A DNA stretch of 64,000 nt, from the NCBI GenBank assembly GCA_943325105.2, contig CALPOD020000004.1, positions 3,272-67,271 on the forward strand. Reading direction: 5' to 3'. The notes under the pieces are model-generated. The model was given only the letters and a program-made list of their open reading frames with translations. It had not been told where the DNA came from and searched no databases. This DNA is from Candidatus Fokinia solitaria (GTDB lineage Bacteria > Pseudomonadota > Alphaproteobacteria > Rickettsiales > Midichloriaceae). Shown here piece after piece: positions 29,724 to 37,978 of the stretch. A program made the translations under genes and the position numbers. Positions within the stretch are counted from its first letter, which is position 1, and each line of letters begins with the position of its first letter.

Positions 29724-31661
29724 CTACTGACATGAAGTGCATTCTTCATATTGATGATTCATACCAGCTTCTTCTGTAGCTTTAATTAGGTTGCTTTGGA
29801 TGCTGTATGAAGCGCTATTTTTTTCATAACCAGTCTCAGCTCTCTGAATGGATTTAGATCTCAAATAGTAAAGACTCTTCACTCTTCTTTTCCATGCATG
29901 CATATGAATTTTATGTAAATACTTTTTATGCACATCAGCCGGTAAAAATATATTTAACGAAGTAGCTTGACACACGTAAGGCGTTCTATCAGCAGCTAAG
30001 TCAATAATACTTAATTGATCAATTTCGAATGCTGTTTTAAACACTTCCTTTTCATCTTGAGTTAAAAAATCAAAGTGTTGTACAGATCCTTCATGTTTCA
30101 TTATAGAAGACCAAACCTCTTCTGTATTATGACCTCTTTCAATCAATAGCTTACGTAAATTTTTATTATGCATGCTAAATGATCCACTAAGGGTTTTTTG
30201 AGTGTATGCATTTGCTGCATATGGTTCGATACCAGGAGATGAATTAGATGCAATAATTGATATTGATGCTGTTGGTGCTATTGCCATCTTATGAGTAAAT
30301 CTCTCATTTAAACCACATTCCATTGCATCAAGACATGGTCCTTTTTCTACAGCTAATATTTTTGATGCTTTATCTGCTTCATTTCTAATATATGCAAAAA
30401 GCTTTTTATTCCAAACCTTTGCCATTACTGAATCCATAGGTACTTTTTTAGTTTGTAAGAATGAATGGAATCCCATAACACCTAATCCAACACTTCTTTC
30501 CCTTGTTGCCGCATACACTGCTTTAGCATGTTCTGGAGATGCATTATCTATAAAATCCTGGAGGACATTGTCTAAAAATCTCATAATATCAATTACAAAG
30601 ACTTTATCATCTTTCCATTGATCATATTCTTCTATGTTGATAGAAGAGAGACAGCATACAGCGGTTCTCTGTTTTTCAAGGTGATCCATGCCTGTTGCAA
30701 GCATTATCTCACTACATAAATTTGAGGTTTTGACTTTTAATCCAAGTTTTTTGTAAGTCTCAGGAACAGCATCATTAACATGGTCTATAAATATAATATA
30801 AGGCTCTCCAGTTTCGATTCTAGCTATTAGTAATCTTATCCATAGTTCACGTGCTTTTAGAGTGCTGACAACCAATCCATTGGCAGGACTTATCAAATCC
30901 CATGGTTTGTCTTCTTCAACAGCTCTCATGAAATCATTTGTAACTACTACGCCATGGTGGAGGTTCAATGCTTTTCTATTGTAATCACCTCCAGTAGGTT
31001 TTCTGATTTCCATAAACTCTTCAATTTCTGGATGTGAAATCGGTAGGAAAATTGCTGAACTACCTCTTCTTAGGTTTCCTTGTGAGATTGCTAATGATAA
31101 ACTATCTTGTACACAGACAAATGGTATTATACCTGATGTTTTACCATTACCACGTACTTTTTCTCCAATTGATCTTACATTTCCCCAATAAGTACCTATG
31201 CCACCACCAGCTGCTGCTAGCCAAGCATTTTCATTCCAAGTCTCAACAATACTTTTTAGATTATCGTTTACTTCATTTAAGAAACATGAAATAGGTAATC
31301 CTCTTGTAGTACCGCCATTACTTAAAACTGGAGTTGCTGGCATAAACCATAATCTACTCATGTAATCATATAGCCTTTGTGCATGTTCTTGATCATCAGC
31401 GTAGTGAGTTGCAACTCTTGCAAACATCATTTGATAATCCTCACCTTCAAGGAGATAACGATCTTTTAAGACTGCTTTACTGGCATCAGATAATAGCTGA
31501 TCTCTATTATCGTCTATCTTTACATCAAAACGACAAGGTAGAAAAATATCTTTTTTTTGTTTTTTTCTCTCATATAATACTTCTTCTTTATCTAAAGAAT
31601 CATTGACATGAAGAATATTTACATTGACCTTTTTCATATATGAGGTTTCAATTTGCATCAT
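29724..31661 (-). CDS. nrdA: ribonucleoside-diphosphate reductase alpha subunit (class I)
   Basis: FMPATPVLSNGGT...ISCFL, NLCSEI, the PTASIS region, and a C-terminal CxxC tail (ECTSCQ). The exact start is uncertain. Confidence 0.9.
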   Translation of the reverse strand: MMQIETSYMKKVNVNILHVNDSLDKEEVLYERKKQKKDIFLPCRFDVKIDDNRDQLLSDASKAVLKDRYLLEGEDYQMMFARVATHYADDQEHAQRLYDYMSRLWFMPATPVLSNGGTTRGLPISCFLNEVNDNLKSIVETWNENAWLAAAGGGIGTYWGNVRSIGEKVRGNGKTSGIIPFVCVQDSLSLAISQGNLRRGSSAIFLPISHPEIEEFMEIRKPTGGDYNRKALNLHHGVVVTNDFMRAVEEDKPWDLISPANGLVVSTLKARELWIRLLIARIETGEPYIIFIDHVNDAVPETYKKLGLKVKTSNLCSEIMLATGMDHLEKQRTAVCCLSSINIEEYDQWKDDKVFVIDIMRFLDNVLQDFIDNASPEHAKAVYAATRERSVGLGVMGFHSFLQTKKVPMDSVMAKVWNKKLFAYIRNEADKASKILAVEKGPCLDAMECGLNERFTHKMAIAPTASISIIASNSSPGIEPYAANAYTQKTLSGSFSMHNKNLRKLLIERGHNTEEVWSSIMKHEGSVQHFDFLTQDEKEVFKTAFEIDQLSIIDLAADRTPYVCQATSLNIFLPADVHKKYLHKIHMHAWKRRVKSLYYLRSKSIQRAETGYEKNSASYSIQSNLIKATEEAGMNHQYEECTSCQ

Positions 31662-31863
31662 AAATTAAATAATTTTGTTTTATTTGATTTTGAATATGTT
31701 GTTCTTGTATACTATAGGTTTGTAGATATATAAATCAAAAAATTTTTTCTCTAACATGTTGACAAATGCATCTGTATAGATAAGTCATGGGTTTGAGAGC
31801 TATAATTATATATTACATAATTTTTTTAGGTTGATCATAAATTTTCATTCAAACAAATAACTA

Positions 31864-32382
31864 ATGAACATATTAATATTGATTGCTTGTAGTTTTGTAC
31901 TAGTAATAGTCTTGTTTTTTTTTATAGGCTTATATGTTGCAGCCGCAATTTCTAAAAAAAGAACTAAGAAAAGCTTTAATGACATATATGATGCATCTCC
32001 TTATAGACAGGATAGAAAAAAACCTGTTGCAAAAAAATCTGATGAATTCCAATCTAGAGATGAAAGAAAAGAAGTCGTTACTGGGAAAGCAAAGAGTCAA
32101 GATTATATAAAATTACAACAAAAAGAATTTGAATTAGAAAATGAAGAAGGTCTTGTAAAAGTAGAAAAAGATATAAAACCTGAGTTAAGAAATAAAGATG
32201 AGACGGTAATAGTTGGAATATCACAACCAGTAGGATTCTGGTCAAGGCTAATAATGTCTCAAAAACTAGGCTTCTTAATGAGTTTTCAGCATCAAATGAA
32301 GCAAAATAAGGGAGGTTATTTTGTAAACCTTGTAAAAGCACAAGCTCGCTCACAAGGCAAAGAGAAAGGCAGAGGATTATGA
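31864..32382 (+). CDS. hypothetical single-pass membrane protein (basic), convergent with and overlapping patatin A
   Basis: 172-aa ORF. N-terminal TM segment ILILIACSFVLVIVLFFFIGLYVAAAI, then a Lys/Glu-rich region and a GFWSRLIMSQKLGFLMSF segment. A decayed second copy lies at 33605..33913. Confidence 0.5.
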   Translation: MNILILIACSFVLVIVLFFFIGLYVAAAISKKRTKKSFNDIYDASPYRQDRKKPVAKKSDEFQSRDERKEVVTGKAKSQDYIKLQQKEFELENEEGLVKVEKDIKPELRNKDETVIVGISQPVGFWSRLIMSQKLGFLMSFQHQMKQNKGGYFVNLVKAQARSQGKEKGRGL

Positions 32383-33423
32383 TGCATTAATCCATTCTGC
32401 AAGCTCCTTTGCAATACCATCAATATAATCATCATTTGCTCTTAAAAAAGCTTCAGTAATGTCTTGATAATCTTTCATAGTAGTGAATGAATCATTTATT
32501 GCATTTTGAAATTGTTTTTGAGTAATTGGTACATCAATGACTTTGAATTTTCCACTATGTGTTTCTACTATTTTTGCAGCATTTTGTTCATTGACACTTT
32601 GTACCGCTTGTACGTGTGTAGTCATTAATGTTCTTGCATGATTCATATAATTATAAACACCAGAATTAGATAAATGATCTAAATTAACTGATTGCTTTCC
32701 AGTACCAATAGAAAGTACAAATAAATCAGATAAATTTACCTTGTCTAAACATACAATATCAGATACCAATTCCATAACTATAGAGTTAGTAACAACACCT
32801 CCATCTATTTCATTAAAAGTTTTTGGTGATGACTCATCACGTTGATACGTAACCTGATGTGATTTTAAAACAGCTGGAATGGCAGATGATGCAAGAATAG
32901 CATCACTTACTTTCATTTCTTCTATATTCCAAATATGATATGGTAGCTTTCGGCGATCTTCTTCAGAGCCAATATTAGTCCATATTGTAGGTTCACTTCT
33001 TTCCAAACAATAAGAGTTTATTAAAACTTTTGCTGTCAATTTATCATCACCAAATTTTGTATCACCACATATATCATAAGCAAGTTTATGCATTACTGCA
33101 TTTGAGTAATATGGAGTTGCAATACCTTTACTCCAAGTATTTGCAGATACAAGAACTTTACCAGCATTATCAATAAACATATTGATATGAGCCTCTGAGC
33201 TATATTTTAATGCCCCATCATCTTTTTTTATAACAGATTTGATTGCATTGATTGAACCTATTGATGTGCCGCCAATGTAGTCTATATAATGACCTAATCC
33301 TTTATAATTTGGAACTAAAGATTCTAATTTTTTATCAATACTTGATAATATTACACTTTGAATTATTCCTCTAGTACCACCACCGGGTAAAGCTATAGCA
33401 ACTTTTTTTTGTTTACTGCTCAT
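32377..33423 (-). CDS. patatin-like phospholipase (paralog A)
   Basis: Oxyanion GGGTRG, nucleophile elbow GTSIG (Ser54), catalytic-dyad IDGGVVTNS. 348 aa. Confidence 0.87.
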   Translation of the reverse strand: MSSKQKKVAIALPGGGTRGIIQSVILSSIDKKLESLVPNYKGLGHYIDYIGGTSIGSINAIKSVIKKDDGALKYSSEAHINMFIDNAGKVLVSANTWSKGIATPYYSNAVMHKLAYDICGDTKFGDDKLTAKVLINSYCLERSEPTIWTNIGSEEDRRKLPYHIWNIEEMKVSDAILASSAIPAVLKSHQVTYQRDESSPKTFNEIDGGVVTNSIVMELVSDIVCLDKVNLSDLFVLSIGTGKQSVNLDHLSNSGVYNYMNHARTLMTTHVQAVQSVNEQNAAKIVETHSGKFKVIDVPITQKQFQNAINDSFTTMKDYQDITEAFLRANDDYIDGIAKELAEWINAS

Positions 33424-33531
33424 TGTTATTTTAGTGTTTTTTATTTTTGTGTTAAAATCACTATATATTAGAAATATTAAAAATAAATTACAATCGTTAT
33501 AAGAAATGAAACATTTAACTTGATATTACTC

Positions 33532-33593
33532 TTATTGGTTGTCTAAACTAGAGTATACCAAGTGAAAAAACTTTTATATCAGTTTTAAATACT
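33532..33593 (+). repeat. dead copy of the first ~60 nt of priA plus its leader (duplication junction fossil)
   Basis: 33532..33593 aligns by eye with 35013..35073 (ttattgGttgtctAAactaGagtATaccaag... against ttattgAttgtctGGactaTagtGCaccaag...). The fourth codon is TAA in the copy. Confidence 0.8.
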
Positions 33594-33604
33594 ATATAAA
33601 ATTT

Positions 33605-33913
33605 ATTTCTAAAACAAGAACTAAAAAAACTTTTAATGATGTATATGATGCATCGCCTTATGGATGGAAAAAACCTTTAGCAAAGACATCTGATGAAATG
33701 CAGCCTAGAGATAAAAAAAAGAAGTTGTAACTTGGAATGCAAAGAGTCATGAATATATCAAAATACAATAAAAAGAATTTGAGCTAGAAAATGCTTAAGG
33801 TGTTAAAGATACACAACCTGAATTTTCGGCATCAGATGAAGCAAAATAAGGGAGGTTATTTTGTAAAAGCACAGGCTCGCTCACAAGGTAAAGAGAAAGG
33901 CAGAGGATTATGA
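33605..33913 (+). pseudogene. decayed, 5'-truncated copy of ORF 31864..32382
   Basis: Clear nucleotide similarity to 31955..32382. It lacks the TM-encoding 5' end, carries in-frame stops (aagttgTAActtgg, caaTAAaaag, gctTAAgg) and has a ~90-nt internal deletion. The last ~85 nt are nearly identical to the intact copy. Confidence 0.85.
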
Positions 33914-34954
33914 TTCATTAATCCATTCTGCAAGCTCCTTTGCAATACCATCAATATAATCATCATTTGCTTTTAAAAAACCCTCAGTCATTTTTTTATA
34001 AGCGTTTAAAGATTCCAGCGTATCTATTATGCTATTTTGATCAACAGTTAATGGCATATCAATAAATCTGCACTTACCACCATGCGCATCAACTATTTTT
34101 GCAGCATTATTTTCGCTTATATCTTGTACTGCTTGTAAATGTGTGGATAATAATGGTTTAATGTTCATTAAGTATTCGTAACCACCAGCATCAGATAAAG
34201 AACTAAGCTTGTAATTAGATGGTGATTTTCCAGTACCAATAGAAAGTAAAAACAAATTAGATAAATTTACCTTATCTAAACATACTATATCAGATATTAA
34301 TTCCATAATTGGAGAATTAGTAACGAATGCACCATCTATTTCATTAAAATTACATCGACCTGTTGCATCACGCTGATATTTTACTTCGTGTGCTTCAAAA
34401 AAAATTGGGATAGCAGATGATGCAAGAATAGCGTCTTTTATTTTTATTTTTTTGATATTCCAAACATGATATTGCAGCTTCTGACGATCTTTTTCTATGC
34501 CAATATTACTCCATAATGTTGGTGCATTTTTCTCTAGACAATATGAAGATATTAGGACTTTTGCTGTTAGTTTATTGTCACAAAATTTTGCACTACCACA
34601 TATATCATCAAGCATCTTCTCCATTATGTCATTTGAGTAATATGGGTTTATAATTCCACTTCCTAATCCTTGCATTGGTAACAAAATCTTACCAGCATGG
34701 TCAAGATACATTTGTATATTGCTCTCTGGGCTAAACTTTAATTTTCCATCATTATCTTTTATACAATATCTAATAGCGTTTAGTGAACCGATAGATGTAC
34801 CACCAATGTAATCCACGTAATAACCTAATCCTTTATAATCTGGAATTAAAGTACTTAATTTTTTATCCAGATCAGACCATACAACAGCTTGATTAATACC
34901 TTTAGCACCACCGCCAGGCAAAACTATAGCAAGTTTTTTTTGTTTATTATTCAT
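33908..34954 (-). CDS. patatin-like phospholipase (paralog B)
   Basis: GGGAKG, GTSIG and IDGAFVTNS motifs. 348 aa, collinear with paralog A. I estimate roughly 60% identity by eye, and the C-terminal 18 aa are identical. Confidence 0.87.
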   Translation of the reverse strand: MNNKQKKLAIVLPGGGAKGINQAVVWSDLDKKLSTLIPDYKGLGYYVDYIGGTSIGSLNAIRYCIKDNDGKLKFSPESNIQMYLDHAGKILLPMQGLGSGIINPYYSNDIMEKMLDDICGSAKFCDNKLTAKVLISSYCLEKNAPTLWSNIGIEKDRQKLQYHVWNIKKIKIKDAILASSAIPIFFEAHEVKYQRDATGRCNFNEIDGAFVTNSPIMELISDIVCLDKVNLSNLFLLSIGTGKSPSNYKLSSLSDAGGYEYLMNIKPLLSTHLQAVQDISENNAAKIVDAHGGKCRFIDMPLTVDQNSIIDTLESLNAYKKMTEGFLKANDDYIDGIAKELAEWINES

Positions 34955-35015
34955 TGTTTTTTTTTTGGCTTGAGATTTACTGTATACTAAAAATATTTAA
35001 AATAAAATATAATTA

Positions 35016-37031
35016 TTGATTGTCTGGACTATAGTGCACCAAGGAAAAAAAACTTTTATATCAGTTTTAATACCCAATCACATCAAAAATGAACTTCTAT
35101 ACATATCTAATGAGTTGAATGTAAGTTCTGGAGATATTGTGATGGTACCTCTAAGAAATGGATCTACAATTGCTGTCGTGTGGTCGGTTATAAATACTGA
35201 TGAGAAAGAAAAAAATTATAATGTAAAAGAAATTTTGCATAAAGTAGAAGGCTTAGAAATAAATAAAAATACAAGGGATTTTATAGATCGTATTTCACAA
35301 AGCACTTTAATACCAAGAGGTTTGGTTTTAAAATTAATTTTAGGGACATTTATAAAAAGACATAAGATTATTTTAAAAAAACTCTCATTAGATCAAAATG
35401 TAATAACGAAATATGAAAATCAATCAGATGAATTAAGTTTATCTGATGAGCAATATCTTGTATTTAAGGAAATAGTATCATCACATAAATATAAAGTGAG
35501 TGTACTTGATGGAATAACCGGATCTGGTAAAACAGAGCTATACTTACAAATTGCTAAAAAAATCATTGAAATCTCAGGACAAGTCTTAATTTTATTACCT
35601 GAAATACTTTTAACAACCCAGATAATAGAACGTGCTAAAAATGTTTTTAAATGTGAGATTTATTCTTGGCATTCAAATGTTAAACAAAAAGATAAAGATA
35701 ATATTTGGATTGGTGTACAAAATCAGTCAGTTAAAGTCGTCATAGGGGCTAGAAGTGCATTATTTTTACCTTTTACGAATTTGAAACTGATTATAGTTGA
35801 TGAGGAGCATGATCTCAGTTTTAAACAAGAAACAAATCCAATTTATAATGCTAAAAACATTGCAATCCTTAGGGCTAAAATTTTTGATATCCCAATTCTA
35901 TTAACTTCTGCAACTCCTTCAATTGAGACAATGTATCATGTAAATCAAAACAACTACAGATACTTTCACTTAAACACTAGAAACTTTAGTGAAGCTAATC
36001 TAGAGATAAAAATTGCAAATATGTGGGAAGTACACAATAAAGAAACAAAGACATTCCCGCTACTTCATACAATATCAATTGATGAAATCTCTAAAACATT
36101 AGAATCCAAACAGCAAAGCTTAATATTCCTCAACAGAAAAGGATATGCTGCAACAACGATATGTACTAGCTGTGTGTCAGTTGTTCGCTGTAAAAACTGC
36201 GACGTTAAACTTACATATTATAAATATAAAAAACACCTCAAATGCAGACATTGCGGATACATAATCAGTGAGCAAAAGACTTGCTCTACCTGCGGTAATA
36301 CTGATACTCTTTTCACGTATCATCCAGGAATAGAAAAACTAAATGAAGAACTTATAAAACATTTCCCTACAGCTAGAATTATTACTGTAACAAGAGAAAC
36401 CTTTGAGACAGAAGATGCAAATTCAATCATTCAAAAGATATCTAATAATGAAGTGGATATAGTCATTGGAACACAAATCCTAGCAAAAGGGTTACACTTT
36501 CCAAAGATGAGACTATGTGTGATAGTTGATGCAAATAATACAAAATTCAGTGGAGATATAAGATCGCTTGAGAGGACTTATCAAATCTTGCAACAAGTTG
36601 TTGGTAGAGTTGGTAGAGAAAGTAAAGGACTTGCAATAATCCAAACACTAAATAAAAAATCTCCCATAATTAATTCAATTGCGTCTGGAGACAAAAAAGA
36701 TTTTATCAAACTAGAGCTAGCGAATAGAGAAGCAGCAAAAGTCCCGCCTTATGGAGCTTTCATTTTGATAAATATCAGCTCAAAAGATGAACAGAAATTG
36801 CATAAATGGCTATTATCTATACCGATACCAAACAATACACCAGAAATGAAAGTCTTTGGTCCAATCCCTGCTGCAATCCACAGAATGCACAATAAATATC
36901 GATATCAAATTCTTTTTAAATGCAGCAATCAGGAAGATATCATAAAGACTGTAGAAGTGTGGCTAGAAAGCTTTATAATACCTCACAACATAACTCTGAC
37001 AGTCGATGTTGATCCTCAGAGTTTTTATTGA
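35016..37031 (+). CDS. priA: primosomal replication-restart helicase PriA
   Basis: Walker A GITGSGKTE, DEEHD, and the Cys-rich zinc region CTSCVSVVRCKNCDVKLTYYKYKKHLKCRHCGY...CSTCGN. Apparent TTG start. Confidence 0.9.
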   Translation: MIVWTIVHQGKKTFISVLIPNHIKNELLYISNELNVSSGDIVMVPLRNGSTIAVVWSVINTDEKEKNYNVKEILHKVEGLEINKNTRDFIDRISQSTLIPRGLVLKLILGTFIKRHKIILKKLSLDQNVITKYENQSDELSLSDEQYLVFKEIVSSHKYKVSVLDGITGSGKTELYLQIAKKIIEISGQVLILLPEILLTTQIIERAKNVFKCEIYSWHSNVKQKDKDNIWIGVQNQSVKVVIGARSALFLPFTNLKLIIVDEEHDLSFKQETNPIYNAKNIAILRAKIFDIPILLTSATPSIETMYHVNQNNYRYFHLNTRNFSEANLEIKIANMWEVHNKETKTFPLLHTISIDEISKTLESKQQSLIFLNRKGYAATTICTSCVSVVRCKNCDVKLTYYKYKKHLKCRHCGYIISEQKTCSTCGNTDTLFTYHPGIEKLNEELIKHFPTARIITVTRETFETEDANSIIQKISNNEVDIVIGTQILAKGLHFPKMRLCVIVDANNTKFSGDIRSLERTYQILQQVVGRVGRESKGLAIIQTLNKKSPIINSIASGDKKDFIKLELANREAAKVPPYGAFILINISSKDEQKLHKWLLSIPIPNNTPEMKVFGPIPAAIHRMHNKYRYQILFKCSNQEDIIKTVEVWLESFIIPHNITLTVDVDPQSFY

Positions 37032-37904
37032 TTAGTGAACTTGTACTACTGTTTTTGAGTGATTTTTGTTTGGTAATTCATCTTTAGTATGTTTCCCTAA
37101 TGGTTTATTATTTGTTTGTTGGTTTTTTTCAAACATTTTTGCTCGATCACTAACACTCATAGGTTTATCTACTGTAGGATCAATATTTGTTATATCTTGT
37201 AAGATTTTTGCTGCTTGTAATATTCCAGGTATTGTAAGATGTTTTGTTTCTTCACTTAATTCTTTTAAATTTTTTATAGATCCATGAGCGTTTATAAAGT
37301 CTGACAACTCTTCAAGCTTTCTAACTTCCTCACCAATTTTTACAGCCTCTGCTATGATTTTTGTTCGAACAAGTTCTTGTGCAGATGTTACACAATCATT
37401 TTTACTTGAAGGGTTTTTTATCCATGCTTCATCTGCTCTAATTCTACAAAGCTTGGATGCAAAGTCATCTCCTCGCATATTTTCTGGAAATAAAGACTTA
37501 TTAGTCAGAGATTGTATTTCAAACTCTTTAACAACCTCTTTATTATCTTGAATTACATCTTTGTTTGAAACTTCAAATTGTTTTACAAGATTTTCTAAAC
37601 TAACTTCCGCACTTGAATTATCTAATGCAGCTGATTTTATAATACTGTTTACCATCTTTGCTTCGACTTTTTTTTTCAAGTCACTCAAATCCTTCTTAGA
37701 GATTAAACTTACATCAGCTGGAGGTTTAATGCCGAATCCTTGTAGATCTTGGTTGAAGTCTTGTGGGTTTTTTGAATAAGCATTTTCTTTTAATTGTTCA
37801 CTTTTAACTGAAATTTTTTGTTGAATCTGATCTGGTATTGTACTTGGACCTGCAGTTTTTATCCCTGCTCTTTGTAGCCTTGCATTTATTTTATCATCTG
37901 ACAT
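37032..37904 (-). CDS. hypothetical protein (polar, Lys/Glu/Asn-rich)
   Basis: 290-aa ORF with no TM segment or signal peptide. Its stop codon abuts the priA stop, and it lies 75 nt downstream of flhA on the same strand. Confidence 0.5.
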   Translation of the reverse strand: MSDDKINARLQRAGIKTAGPSTIPDQIQQKISVKSEQLKENAYSKNPQDFNQDLQGFGIKPPADVSLISKKDLSDLKKKVEAKMVNSIIKSAALDNSSAEVSLENLVKQFEVSNKDVIQDNKEVVKEFEIQSLTNKSLFPENMRGDDFASKLCRIRADEAWIKNPSSKNDCVTSAQELVRTKIIAEAVKIGEEVRKLEELSDFINAHGSIKNLKELSEETKHLTIPGILQAAKILQDITNIDPTVDKPMSVSDRAKMFEKNQQTNNKPLGKHTKDELPNKNHSKTVVQVH

Positions 37905-37978
37905 ATTTTCCCTATTTGTAATACTTTTAGTATATGGGAAAATATCATATCAGGTATAAAAAACTAAAACAACAATTT

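Noticed and set aside
31662-31863. Possible NrdR box or regulatory palindrome upstream of nrdA (for example ttgtatactatagg).
   Set aside because: It only partially resembles the 16-bp NrdR palindrome, no tandem pair of boxes is present, and the region is generic AT-rich sequence. I cannot support the call without a motif scan.
34141-34149. Perfect DnaA-box-like 9-mer tgtggataa.
   Set aside because: It is a single occurrence inside the patatin B coding sequence. There is no cluster of boxes and no AT-rich unwinding element next to it, so it is expected by chance.
34934-34966. Homopolymer tracts at the patatin B start (A10 two nt upstream of the ATG, A8 in codons 5-7; patatin A also has an A8) as possible phase-variation switches.
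   Set aside because: A/T runs of 8-10 nt are frequent throughout this AT-rich window, in both coding and non-coding sequence. Without population length-variation data there is no basis for calling phase variation.
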